Of a stretch of 64,000 nt of DNA, positions 37,291 through 46,610 are shown one piece after another (the stretch's first letter is position 1; each line of letters starts with the position of its first letter). The translations under genes and the position numbers were made by a program. Source of the stretch: Thermococcus sp. GTDB taxonomy: Archaea > Methanobacteriota_B > Thermococci > Thermococcales > Thermococcaceae. Under the pieces are notes generated by a model. The model searched no databases. It was not told where the DNA came from and saw nothing but the letters and a program-made list of their open reading frames with translations. The DNA lies in assembly GCF_027011145.1 (NCBI RefSeq), contig NZ_JALVAO010000068.1:43797-107796 (forward strand), read 5' to 3'.

Positions 37291-39411
37291 TCACTTGTAC
37301 TTGCTCTCCAGCTGGAGCTGTTTGAGTTTCGCAGTCAGGCCCTTCATTGGGGCTCTGTCCTCGCTTATTATCTTCCCTGTTCTCGTGTCGATTCTGGCAT
37401 AGTAGAAGTGCTCCCTCCCTGCGACCTTTATGTGAACATAGTTCTGCTCCTTGTAGTGGGTTAGCCTCTCAGTTCTCAGCTCGGTTTCGCCGTAAATCTT
37501 CCTTACGTGCTCGTGGAATCTGTTCTCAAGGGCAACCTCGGTGAAACGAACGTCCGTTTCCTTAACTTCTCCTGTCTTCCTGTCAAGAACCAGCGTCCCC
37601 ACCTTCGTTCCACCCTGGAACTCGGCAATCCAGTCCTTCTCAAGTCTCAGGGACTTTAACTCGGCCGTCTCGTCTATTTCCTTTATTTTCTCAAGGGCTA
37701 TGTCCCTGGCAACGTTCTCACGCAGTGCTCTGTCGATTTCCTCAACGAGCTTTCCGTCCTTGCTGACCCTGACCTTCACGAGGTGCCTCTCGTTCTCGGC
37801 GGTAACGACGTAGGAGGCCTCTTCCTCCTCCAATTCTTTCACTTCAAAATCGGGATATTTTTCCTTCACGATTTCCCTGGCCTTTTCAGGGCTTATCTCG
37901 ACGACGTAGTCCAGGACATCCCTCGTTGCCCCGTCCACCTTGACAACGGCCCTTCCACCTTCGCCTTCAAGCTCGAGCTCGAGAAACTTGTGTTCAATCA
38001 CCCGGCATTCGGTTAGCCAGAGGTTCCTCAGCGGGAAGTTCTCCTCTATGATTTTTCTTGCGTTCTCCAGGGCTTCTTCCGGTGAGGGGAGTTTCCTGAC
38101 TTCCTTCAGGGTTCCATTCTCAAGGTTCACCTCAACGACCACTATGCCGTCCCTCAGTTTTATGTCAGCCACTGCAATCTTCTTGCCCTTTTCAAGACTC
38201 AGGATTTCGCCATCGGGGTATTCTTTCGACAGGAGCTCCTTCAGGGCCTCGTCGGTTAGAAGGGTCTCAGCTACTAGGGGTTTTCCAGTGTAGGCGTTGA
38301 ACTTGAACTCAAAGACAAAACGTTCCGTTTTGCCGGTCACTTTTACCTTCCAGCCTTCCTTGGTGAGCTCTATTTCGACAGGTTCTTCCCCCGTGCGTTT
38401 TTTCACGAGTTCCCTGACGGTTTCCTCAAAGTGCTCCTCAGGGAGGGGCTCCATTTCGAATTCAACTTCGCCAGTTACGGGATTGACCCTGGCTTTCCCC
38501 TCGTTTTCGCCGATTTGGAGCTCGACCTCAACGCTTTCCGGAACGTAGACCTTTTTTCTGTCCTGTATCCTGACCTGGCCTTCCGTAACGCCGAGTTCTT
38601 TCGCCAGCCTTTCCTTCAGGATTACCACGGATTCGCTGGGGCTTATGGGGTTTATTATCTCCCTCTCCGTGGCCTTTATTTTTGATGTGTCGTTGAGAAG
38701 GGCCTTTTTAACCGGGGTTGCCAGCCCACTCGAGAGGGCCTTGGGGATAACCTTCTCCTTTGAGAACACAACGGCCTTGTCGCGCTCGTTCCTCTCATCA
38801 ACGCTCCACGAGAGGATGTACGCACTCGTGAGAATGACCTTCATTGATTTTATCCGGATTTCAGAGGGCTTGACTGGATATTCAGCACTGGCCTTCTTCG
38901 CTATGAGGTTGGTTATTTCATCAGGAGAGAACTCGTAGAGAAGGGGTGCATCCAGTTCAAACTCCTCGAGGGGGCTCTTTTCTTCTTCCTTCTTTTCAGC
39001 CTCCTCAATCTTAGGGGCCTCTATGCCGTAGTTGGAGAAGGTAACGGCAAGCTTGTCGGCGTCCCACATCACTATCCTTCCGCGGTATTCCTTGGCAACG
39101 GTACTTCTCGCGTCCTTTGTGAAGCCTATTGGCGCGATTATTATTCCCCTGTCGGCCTTATATTTGTCGAGGAGATCGCCGAAGACGTTTATGTCCTTTG
39201 ATGAAGCAAGAGAATCTGAGTGGACTTTTATTATCAGCTTCTCCATTCCAGCGATGGGGTCCTCTCTTATTGCAACTATATCAATGCCCCATCTATTTCT
39301 ATCGCTGACCCGCTCGTAGTTTTTGAAGCCCATTCTGCTTAGAACTTCAATGATATATTCAATGAGCTTCTCACGTGGGAGCTTTCTCACGAGTTGGGCC
39401 GTCCAGTTCAT
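37291..39411 (-). CDS. Mrr-like restriction-endonuclease-domain protein with a long C-terminal repeat region (PepSY-like modules)
   Basis: ORF 37291..39420. ATG 39411 follows GGTGA. The N-terminal 130 aa match the Mrr_cat pattern (RWGIDIVA...LIIKVH...INVFGDLL...GIIIAPIGFTKDARSTVAKE...IVMWDADKL). The C-terminus has repeated ...D..TG.V... modules. No signal peptide or TM helix. Confidence 0.6.
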   Translation of the reverse strand: MNWTAQLVRKLPREKLIEYIIEVLSRMGFKNYERVSDRNRWGIDIVAIREDPIAGMEKLIIKVHSDSLASSKDINVFGDLLDKYKADRGIIIAPIGFTKDARSTVAKEYRGRIVMWDADKLAVTFSNYGIEAPKIEEAEKKEEEKSPLEEFELDAPLLYEFSPDEITNLIAKKASAEYPVKPSEIRIKSMKVILTSAYILSWSVDERNERDKAVVFSKEKVIPKALSSGLATPVKKALLNDTSKIKATEREIINPISPSESVVILKERLAKELGVTEGQVRIQDRKKVYVPESVEVELQIGENEGKARVNPVTGEVEFEMEPLPEEHFEETVRELVKKRTGEEPVEIELTKEGWKVKVTGKTERFVFEFKFNAYTGKPLVAETLLTDEALKELLSKEYPDGEILSLEKGKKIAVADIKLRDGIVVVEVNLENGTLKEVRKLPSPEEALENARKIIEENFPLRNLWLTECRVIEHKFLELELEGEGGRAVVKVDGATRDVLDYVVEISPEKAREIVKEKYPDFEVKELEEEEASYVVTAENERHLVKVRVSKDGKLVEEIDRALRENVARDIALEKIKEIDETAELKSLRLEKDWIAEFQGGTKVGTLVLDRKTGEVKETDVRFTEVALENRFHEHVRKIYGETELRTERLTHYKEQNYVHIKVAGREHFYYARIDTRTGKIISEDRAPMKGLTAKLKQLQLESKYK

Positions 39412-39530
39412 GTTCTTCACCTTCCGGGGAAATACGAATCCCTATAATAAGGTACTTCGCCCTAGGATCCACCGATAGTGTCCAAACAAGCTTTATTAAT
39501 GCTAATATTTAACACTTTCCCGGTGATACA

Positions 39531-40757
39531 ATGTTCAGGCTCACGGACTTCAACTTTCACAACAAGACCGTGTTTCTCAGGGTTGATTTGAACTCTCCAG
39601 TTGAGAACGGTAAGATTACGAGCGACGCGCGCTTTAGGGCTGTTCTACCGACGGTAAAGCACCTCGTTGAAGACGGTGCTAAGGTCGTAATCGGAACCCA
39701 CCAGAGCAGGCCCTACAAGGGCGACTACATAACGACGGAGCAACACGCGGAAATACTGTCGGAGCTCCTCGGCCAGGAGATTGAGTACGTCGAGGACATC
39801 TTCGGAAAGCTCGCAAGGGATAGAATAAGGTCGTTGAAGCCCGGCGAGGTTCTGATGCTTGAAAACCTTCGCTTCTCAGCAGAGGAAGTTTTTTACAAGC
39901 CCATTGAGGATTGCGAGAAAACGTTTTTTGTTAGGAAGCTCGCCCCGCTCATAGACTACGTCGTCAACGACGCCTTTGCAACGGCTCACAGGAGCCAGCC
40001 ATCGCTCGTTGGCTTCGCGAGGCTAAAACCAATGGTTATGGGCCATCTCATGGAGAAGGAAATTAACGCACTCAGCAGGGCATACGAGAGCGATGAAAAG
40101 CCAAGGGTTTACGTGCTCGGCGGTGCCAAGGTCGATGATTCCCTTCGCGTTGCCGAGAACGTCCTGAGAAATGAAAAGGCCGACATGATTCTCACCGGCG
40201 GTCTCGTTGGTCACGTCTTTACGCTTGCAAAGGGCTTCAACCTCGGCGATGCAAACCTTGAGTTCATGGAAAAGAGAGGCCTTCTGGAGCTTGTTGACTG
40301 GGCAGAGAGAATCCTTGATGAGTTCTACCCCTACGTGAGAACACCCGTGGATTTTGCAATCGATAGAAATGGAGAGCGCGTTGAGGTTGACCTCCTCAGT
40401 GACGAGAAGTGGCTCTTTGATCATTATCCAATCCTCGACATAGGCTCCCGAACCGTTGAGAAATACCGCGAAATTCTCATGAAAGCGAAGATAATCGTCG
40501 CCAACGGCCCGATGGGTGTCTTTGAAAGGGAGGAGTTTGCAGTGGGAACGGTTGGCGTCTTCAGGGCCATAAGCGAGAGCGAAGCCTTCAGCGTAGTTGG
40601 TGGTGGTCACTCGATAGCGAGCATTTACCGGTACAACATAACGGGCATAAGCCATATCTCCACCGGGGGAGGGGCAATGCTGAGTTTCTTCGCTGGAGAA
40701 AAGCTTCCTGTGCTTGAAGCCTTTAGAGTAAGCTACGAGATTTTCAAAAAGAAATAA
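39531..40757 (+). CDS. pgk: Phosphoglycerate kinase
   Basis: 408 aa with an archaeal PGK N-terminus (FLRVDLNSP) and a C-terminal STGGGAMLSFFAGEKLP. Confidence 0.9.
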   Translation: MFRLTDFNFHNKTVFLRVDLNSPVENGKITSDARFRAVLPTVKHLVEDGAKVVIGTHQSRPYKGDYITTEQHAEILSELLGQEIEYVEDIFGKLARDRIRSLKPGEVLMLENLRFSAEEVFYKPIEDCEKTFFVRKLAPLIDYVVNDAFATAHRSQPSLVGFARLKPMVMGHLMEKEINALSRAYESDEKPRVYVLGGAKVDDSLRVAENVLRNEKADMILTGGLVGHVFTLAKGFNLGDANLEFMEKRGLLELVDWAERILDEFYPYVRTPVDFAIDRNGERVEVDLLSDEKWLFDHYPILDIGSRTVEKYREILMKAKIIVANGPMGVFEREEFAVGTVGVFRAISESEAFSVVGGGHSIASIYRYNITGISHISTGGGAMLSFFAGEKLPVLEAFRVSYEIFKKK

Positions 40758-40765
40758 ACGTTTCC

Positions 40766-41512
40766 TCAGTCGAGGGTGGCCCTCCTGAATCCGAGTGCTG
40801 CCATTCCTGAGAAGACCAGCGCGAGAGCTCCCAAAACCAGCCAGTCGGTTGCCATGCCGAATGTTGGCTCAACACCGGCCAGATAATATCGCGTTCCGTC
40901 CACCGCATACGTCAGGGGGTTGAACTTCGCCAGCCACTGCATCCAATTGGGCATTGTGCTAACCGGATAGAAGGCACCGCTGAGGAACGTCATTGGGAGC
41001 ATGAGCATCATTATGACCATCTGGAAGCCCTCCATACTGTTCATCCTGAGGGCTATGGCCACTCCCATGCCTGCGGTGGCAATACCCAGGAGAAAGCCCA
41101 GTCCCAGCGAGGGTAAAATCCCGGTGAGCTTTAGCTTTGCAAGGGCGAAGCTCAGGGTAAGGATTATGACCCCTTGGAGCATTGCGACAATCGCCCCTCC
41201 AGTTATCCTCCCCGCTATTGCCTCCGTCCTGCTCGCTGGAGCGACGAGAATCTCCTTGAGGAAACCGAACTGCTTATCCCAGATTAAGGTTATCCCCTGC
41301 ATAAAGCTCATGTTGAAGACCGTCATCGCTATAATCCCCGGCACGAGGTAGGTCATGTAGTCAACGCCACCGAAGAGCTGAGTTGCCAGGGGGTTGTTGA
41401 AGACCCCAGACCAGCCCTTGCCGAAGAAAATCAGCCAGATTAGAGGGTTGATTACACTCCCAATGACCCTTGCCCGGGAGCGGGAGAACCTCTTCAGCTC
41501 GCGGTATACCAT
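40766..41512 (-). CDS. ABC-2 type transporter permease
   Basis: ORF 40766..41548 trimmed to ATG 41512 (MVYRELKRFSRSRARVIG), preceded by GAGGTGAGGAGGG. Six TM helices. Confidence 0.8.
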   Translation of the reverse strand: MVYRELKRFSRSRARVIGSVINPLIWLIFFGKGWSGVFNNPLATQLFGGVDYMTYLVPGIIAMTVFNMSFMQGITLIWDKQFGFLKEILVAPASRTEAIAGRITGGAIVAMLQGVIILTLSFALAKLKLTGILPSLGLGFLLGIATAGMGVAIALRMNSMEGFQMVIMMLMLPMTFLSGAFYPVSTMPNWMQWLAKFNPLTYAVDGTRYYLAGVEPTFGMATDWLVLGALALVFSGMAALGFRRATLD

Positions 41513-41529
41513 TGTGAGAAAGACCCTCC

Positions 41530-42504
41530 TCACCTCAGACGCCCCCATCTCCTCATGATACCTTTGAGGGGATTTTCCTCCCCATCCCTGATTTCCCTCC
41601 CGGTCAGGTGCAGGAAAACGTCATTGAGTGTGGGCCTGTGGTAGGTTACCTCGGTTATCTTGAGGTTCATCTCCTTAGATACCTCGAAGAGCTTGGGTAA
41701 AGCCTCTGCGGCGTTGTCCACATCGAGACGGACCCTTCCGTCCGGGAGAACCCTGCAACCCTTCACGAATTCGGCCTCAATGCATTTGGCCCTTTCCTCG
41801 AACCTCAGATAAATCACATCGTTTCCCACGAGGCGCTTCAGCTCCTCGGCAGTGCCCTCCGCAATTATCCTTCCCCTGTCTATTATCGCTATTCTGTCTG
41901 CAAGCAGTTCCGCCTCGTCCATGTAATGCGTCGTCAGAAATATCGTGACCCCCTTTTCCCGCTTCATGGTCCGTATATAGTCCCAGATGTGCGCTCTCGT
42001 CTGGGGGTCGAGGCCTATCGTCGGCTCGTCGAGGAAAAGAACCTCCGGCTCGTGGAGAAGGGAGCGCGCTATCTCAAAGCGCCTCTGCATTCCCCCAGAA
42101 AAGAACTTAAGGGGTCTATCTCTGAACTCCCAGAGCTCAACAAACTGGAGGAGTTCCCTGCCCCTGTCCCTTATCTCCTCCCTGCTTAGACCGTATATCA
42201 TGCCGTGAATGAGAAGGTTCTCCCACGCCGTTAGTTCCCTGTCAACGCTTGGCTCCTGGAACACGATTCCTATTCTCTTTCTGACTTCCTCAGGTTCTTC
42301 AACAACGTCGTGGCCGGCAACGACCGCTTTCCCGGAGGTAGGCCTTAATAGGGTTGTCAGGACGTGAACCGTCGTTGTTTTTCCGGCACCGTTCGGCCCG
42401 AGGAACGCGAAGACTTCTCCCTTCTTGACCCGGAAGCTCACTCCCCGAACGGCTTCAAAGTCCCCGTAGCGCTTGACGAGATTCTCAACTATTATTGCGT
42501 CCAT
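41530..42504 (-). CDS. ABC transporter ATP-binding protein (DrrA/ABC-2 exporter type)
   Basis: Walker A GPNGAGKTT, signature FSGGMQRR, Walker B LFLDEPT. Confidence 0.9.
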   Translation of the reverse strand: MDAIIVENLVKRYGDFEAVRGVSFRVKKGEVFAFLGPNGAGKTTTVHVLTTLLRPTSGKAVVAGHDVVEEPEEVRKRIGIVFQEPSVDRELTAWENLLIHGMIYGLSREEIRDRGRELLQFVELWEFRDRPLKFFSGGMQRRFEIARSLLHEPEVLFLDEPTIGLDPQTRAHIWDYIRTMKREKGVTIFLTTHYMDEAELLADRIAIIDRGRIIAEGTAEELKRLVGNDVIYLRFEERAKCIEAEFVKGCRVLPDGRVRLDVDNAAEALPKLFEVSKEMNLKITEVTYHRPTLNDVFLHLTGREIRDGEENPLKGIMRRWGRLR

Positions 42505-42923
42505 CAGACCACCCCGTATTTCTCGGGCCAGTTGTTGCGCTTGAACCTCTCGCCGTGCTCCTTTCTGAACACGAACTTCAGGCCGTACCTCTTCTTGAAG
42601 GGAAGTTTTAGCGTGTTGTAGATTAGGGTTATGGCCGGGTGCTTAACGGGGTTCTCAACGGGTCTAAGGGCCCCGGTGGGACATGCCTGGACGCAGATGT
42701 AGCACTTTCTGCAGTTTTCGGGGTGCGCCATGAAGGGCCTGAGGCGAACTTTGTACCTGACCCCAAAGAGGCTCACCTTCATCGGCACTACTTCCCAGAT
42801 TTTGTCGCTGAATGGACAAACGTAGATGCACTCATCACCGCCGCCGCATATCGGGTAGTGTATCACCAGAGGGGCCGTTTCTTTCATCTTCTCGTAGTAC
42901 TCCTTCCAGTCGGGGACGCTCAT
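42504..42923 (-). CDS. 4Fe-4S cluster-binding (ferredoxin-type) domain protein
   Basis: CRKCYICVQACP is a classical CxxCxxCxxxCP motif, and an atypical CGGGDECIYVCP is also present. Its stop overlaps the ATPase start, and its start overlaps the padR stop. Confidence 0.65.
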   Translation of the reverse strand: MSVPDWKEYYEKMKETAPLVIHYPICGGGDECIYVCPFSDKIWEVVPMKVSLFGVRYKVRLRPFMAHPENCRKCYICVQACPTGALRPVENPVKHPAITLIYNTLKLPFKKRYGLKFVFRKEHGERFKRNNWPEKYGVV

Positions 42924-43372
42924 ACCCTCTCACCGAGAAGAAGGAGTTTTATTTTGCGGGCACACTCACGGAACGTGCTTTCCAGCTCTTTCCTCTGGGC
43001 TTCGTTCAGGCTGTTGATGTTCTTGAACAGCTCCTTGAAAGCCTCCTTGAGTTCTTCTCCCCCGAGTTCCAGAAATGCCTTGTACGCGAGGAGCTTCCTT
43101 TTTATGTCCTCAAGTTCCTTCTCGTTTTTCTTCAGATACTCGATACCCCTCTCGGTTATTTGGTATGTCTTTCTGTCCCTCTCGCCGGTTTCCACCACCT
43201 TAATGAGACCGCTTCTCTTCAGTGATGAGAGAATTGGGTAAACAGTTCCGGCGCTCAGCTTGACCCCGTACAGTCTCTCGACTTCCGCCATTATGCCGTA
43301 GCCGTGGTTTGGATTCTTCAGCAGGTCGAGGATTATGAGTTTGAGGGCTCCCTTGACGTAGGGCTTCTCCAT
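42920..43372 (-). CDS. PadR-family transcriptional regulator
   Basis: LKLIILDLLKNPNHGYGIMAEVERLYGVKLSAGTVYPILSSLKRSGLI is a PadR winged helix. It is the first gene of a translationally coupled 4-gene operon. Confidence 0.8.
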   Translation of the reverse strand: MEKPYVKGALKLIILDLLKNPNHGYGIMAEVERLYGVKLSAGTVYPILSSLKRSGLIKVVETGERDRKTYQITERGIEYLKKNEKELEDIKRKLLAYKAFLELGGEELKEAFKELFKNINSLNEAQRKELESTFRECARKIKLLLLGERV

Positions 43373-43466
43373 AGGATCACCTTATATATCGAACGACATA
43401 TCGTTTAAAAGATTTTTGGCACTAAGCTTTTTCTTCTGAACGGATAAGTGTTTACCGGGTGATATC

Positions 43467-43895
43467 ATGAGGCTCGTTCTCAAGCCACTCTTTGAGGCAG
43501 AGCTAACACCCGACTTCACCGAGGTAATAAAGAGCAAGCTCCTTGGGAAAGAAGTGAAAACCGGTGAGGAAGTCGTTGTTGAGATTATTGGGGAGCCCCT
43601 AAGGTTCAAGGTTTTACTTGCCGAGCCGTCCCCACTCAGGGTTACGAATTCCACGAGGATAGAATTCTCGACGAGGGACCTTGATGTGGTTAACGTGGAG
43701 TTCGAGAAGGAAGTTGAAGACGTTATAACCTTCGGGAAGGGTTTTGTTGTGGTCCTCGGAAACGAGGTTGTTGTCCTCTCAAAGGACGGACAAAAGGTTT
43801 ATAGCGAGGAATTCAAGCCCCTTAAAGGAATTAGGGTAACCGAAGATTCGGTGGTGGTAATCCATGGCTCGGGAATCAAAATCATTAGACCTTAG
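43467..43895 (+). CDS. Hypothetical protein (N-terminus resembles a CDC48/VAT N-domain barrel)
   Basis: GGTGAT before the ATG. GEEVVVEIIGEPLRFKVLLAEPSPLRVTNSTRIEF is VAT-N-like. This is a weak call. Confidence 0.4.
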   Translation: MRLVLKPLFEAELTPDFTEVIKSKLLGKEVKTGEEVVVEIIGEPLRFKVLLAEPSPLRVTNSTRIEFSTRDLDVVNVEFEKEVEDVITFGKGFVVVLGNEVVVLSKDGQKVYSEEFKPLKGIRVTEDSVVVIHGSGIKIIRP

Positions 43896-44577
43896 CGCCT
43901 TTACCTTCGACGAAAGCTGGGAGGAGAAAAAGAAACGCGCCGGGAAAATAGTTGAACTCCTCATGAAAACCTATCCGAGGGAGAAACTTCTCATAGGAGA
44001 CCCTTACAGGACTTTAATCCACTGCATAATTTCCCAGCGGATGAGGGATGAGGTTACCTACCGGGTCTGGGAGGAACTCTTCAAAAAATACCGTGACATC
44101 GAGACGATAGCCTCAACGCCGGTAGAGGAGATGCAGGAATTCCTGAGAAAACAGGGCGTTGGCCTATGGAAGACCAAGGGTGAGTGGATTGTCAAAGCTT
44201 CCCGGATAATCCTCGAGAAGTACAAGGGAAAGGTGCCCGACGACATACACGAGCTCATGAAGTTGCCGGGCATAGGGAGGAAGTGCGCCAACATCGTTCT
44301 GGCGTATGGCTTTGGGAAGCAGGCCATACCTGTTGACACCCACGTCAACAGGATAAGCAAGCGCCTTGGCCTGGCCCCGCCGAGGGTTCCGCCGGAGAAG
44401 GTTGAGGAGTATCTAAAGGAGCTGGTTCCAAAGGACAAGTGGATTTACGTGAACCACGCGATGGTTGACCACGGTAGAACTGTGTGCAAGCCGATAAAAC
44501 CGAAGTGCAATGAATGTCCCCTCAGGGAACTCTGTCCCTACGCTAAGGGGCTGGTAAAAGATGAAGATATAAAGTAG
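43864..44577 (+). CDS. nth: Endonuclease III (HhH-GPD DNA glycosylase with a 4Fe-4S cluster)
   Basis: HhH motif LPGIGRKCANIVL, catalytic-region VDTHV, and the C-x6-C-x2-C-x5-C cluster CKPIKPKCNECPLRELC. The start is uncertain because it overlaps the upstream ORF by 32 nt. Confidence 0.85.
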   Translation: MARESKSLDLSAFTFDESWEEKKKRAGKIVELLMKTYPREKLLIGDPYRTLIHCIISQRMRDEVTYRVWEELFKKYRDIETIASTPVEEMQEFLRKQGVGLWKTKGEWIVKASRIILEKYKGKVPDDIHELMKLPGIGRKCANIVLAYGFGKQAIPVDTHVNRISKRLGLAPPRVPPEKVEEYLKELVPKDKWIYVNHAMVDHGRTVCKPIKPKCNECPLRELCPYAKGLVKDEDIK

Positions 44578-45300
44578 CTACCGGTCGGAGTTCATTCCGC
44601 GGAATCTCAGCTCGACTGGAACCTTAACTGTTGTTTTCATTTTTTCGGCCGTGAAGGTGCCTTTTCTGACGAGGTACTCGATTATCACGCGGAACGTCAC
44701 ATTACCTGAGTAGTGGGGAGGGTTACCATCAACGTTGAAGTCGGGCCAGGTGTAGAAGACAAGTTTTCCGCCCCAGTTGTACCTTTGAAGAATTGCCTCC
44801 ATGCAGGCCTCTTTGTTGGGGTCAGTGCCGGGGCAGGAAGGTTTCACTGCATAGGGACCCTCAGTAGCTTTGAAATATACAAAGCCGGTATACTCATCGG
44901 GAAGAAAATCGCCAAGCCAGATGTTTTTTCCGGCCAGCATGTCGACGGTGACCCTCGTTACTTCCACTGACCTGGATTTTGAACGGACTTTGACTCCGAG
45001 GAGGCCATCAACAAGAACCTCCCTGCCATCGACCGTTTTAATAGCCTTTGACTCAAGAGTGGTGGACACTTCAATGTATCTTCCGCTGTATTCCCTCTGC
45101 ATTGTTCCAATGAGGGTCCAGTTTCCAAGGACGGAGGAAAGAACATTTCCATTAATTTCAAAGAGAACGGGCTTTAAAGTCACATTTTGAGTGAAAGAAC
45201 TCGTAACAAATGGGTTTTCATGAATCAGCGAGAGAGAGTAGGCTGTTATAGTTACAACCGCAATAACAATGATAAATGCTTTTCTCCCCTCCGTGGGCAT
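44578..45300 (-). CDS. Hypothetical membrane-anchored extracellular protein
   Basis: 240 aa with an N-terminal TM anchor. CTTTTTATTC lies about 30 nt upstream, giving a leaderless-type arrangement. Confidence 0.45.
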   Translation of the reverse strand: MPTEGRKAFIIVIAVVTITAYSLSLIHENPFVTSSFTQNVTLKPVLFEINGNVLSSVLGNWTLIGTMQREYSGRYIEVSTTLESKAIKTVDGREVLVDGLLGVKVRSKSRSVEVTRVTVDMLAGKNIWLGDFLPDEYTGFVYFKATEGPYAVKPSCPGTDPNKEACMEAILQRYNWGGKLVFYTWPDFNVDGNPPHYSGNVTFRVIIEYLVRKGTFTAEKMKTTVKVPVELRFRGMNSDR

Positions 45301-45348
45301 GTAATTAAAACAACTTCAAAGAATAAAAAGGTTTTGCATCTAAAGTAG

Positions 45349-45927
45349 TTACTCCTCTTCCTCCACTTCTTCCCCTGCCAGCTTCCTGAGCTTGTCCATG
45401 TCGGAGCTCACCGCTATTAGAACGTCGCCTTCTTCGATGGTGTCCTTCCTTCCGGGGTTGTATATGTACCTCTCACCGCGCTTTATGGCCAGAATCCTCG
45501 TTCCAATCTTGCTTGGTAGTTTAAGCTGTTCCAGTGTCTTCCCGATGAGAACCGAGCCGGGCCTAACGGTGACCCTGCCGAGCTCCTCTTCTGTGTCCTC
45601 CATTATCTTCTGGATTATTGGGTGGGGCTCGATGTCGCGGAGTATTATGTCGGCTATGCCGTAGGCTGCGTCACTTATGCGCTCGTTGATGTCCGCCAAA
45701 TCTATGATGCTCAACAAGCTTTCGGGGTCTTCCTCCTTCTTTGCGAGGCGGAGGGTTAGCTTCTTGACCTTCAAAGTCAGGTCGTCCATCTTCTCCTCAA
45801 GTAGATATACTTCCTCCGCTATGTCCTCGCTGTTGTACATGACCGATGAGAAGGCCAGGTCAATCATCAACGCCGACAAATCCTTCATCTCGACGAGGCA
45901 GTTCCTAATCTCCTCAACTTCACTCAT
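45349..45927 (-). CDS. PhoU-like helical domain plus TrkA-C (RCK_C) domain protein
   Basis: The N-terminal helical bundle resembles PhoU. The C-terminal VRPGSVLIGKTLEQLKLPSKIGTRILAIKRGERYIYNP...GDVLI is TrkA-C-like. Confidence 0.7.
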   Translation of the reverse strand: MSEVEEIRNCLVEMKDLSALMIDLAFSSVMYNSEDIAEEVYLLEEKMDDLTLKVKKLTLRLAKKEEDPESLLSIIDLADINERISDAAYGIADIILRDIEPHPIIQKIMEDTEEELGRVTVRPGSVLIGKTLEQLKLPSKIGTRILAIKRGERYIYNPGRKDTIEEGDVLIAVSSDMDKLRKLAGEEVEEEE

Positions 45928-46525
45928 TGGGCATCACCTTGATGTTCCCCCTCGCTATCTCCTTCAGGTAATCAAGGGCCGTTCTCGTTCCCCTGCCGAT
46001 GAGGATGTCGTTGGGGAATATCTTCGTGTCCTCGTCCGGGTCGAAAATCCAGCGCTTTCCGCGCCTTATTGCTATTATTCTGACTCCTGTGTTCGTTGCC
46101 AGGTCGAGCTCCTCAAGGGTCTTGCCCACGAGGATTGACTCCGGGGAGACGACGATTTTGCCTATCGTTTCCTCGCTCTCAAGGATTACCTCCGTAATCA
46201 GGGGGTGAAGCTTTTCCTCAAGAACCATCTTTGCCAAATCACCAGCGGCGTTGGAGATGTCGTCTATCGACCTTGCCATCTGGAGGATTGAAGTTATCTG
46301 TTCCGCCTCCTTCATGTTCCTCGCTGCCAAAACTGCCCTGACTGTGAGGTTGTAGTTGAGTATGTCCAAGTATTCCTCAAGCTCCAAGACTTCCTCGGCC
46401 ATCTCCTTTTCCCTGAAGAGAACCGCCGAGTAGGCCAAATCAATCATGAGCTCAGCGGTATTCTTCATCTCAACAAAAATATCCTTGACGTTCTTTGGAA
46501 CTTCAACCTCGTCCCATTCTTCCAC
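45920..46525 (-). CDS. PhoU-like plus TrkA-C domain protein (tandem paralog)
   Basis: Same architecture as 45349..45927 (VSPESILVGKTLEELDLATNTGVRIIAIRRGKRWIFDP). GTG start after GGTGA. 8-nt overlap with its paralog. Confidence 0.7.
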   Translation of the reverse strand: MEEWDEVEVPKNVKDIFVEMKNTAELMIDLAYSAVLFREKEMAEEVLELEEYLDILNYNLTVRAVLAARNMKEAEQITSILQMARSIDDISNAAGDLAKMVLEEKLHPLITEVILESEETIGKIVVSPESILVGKTLEELDLATNTGVRIIAIRRGKRWIFDPDEDTKIFPNDILIGRGTRTALDYLKEIARGNIKVMPNE

Positions 46526-46610
46526 TCCCTCGTCACCGGGCTTAACTTGGGTGAACGCCTATTTAACTTTTCGGCCAAACGTTTAAATTCTTCCCCTCAA
46601 GCTCTCTTAG

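Noticed and set aside
39510-39528. TGM-like TAACAC-N7-GTGATA upstream of pgk
   Set aside because: The spacing is 7 rather than the canonical 5, and the right half is simply the GGTGATA SD-like sequence directly before the ATG.
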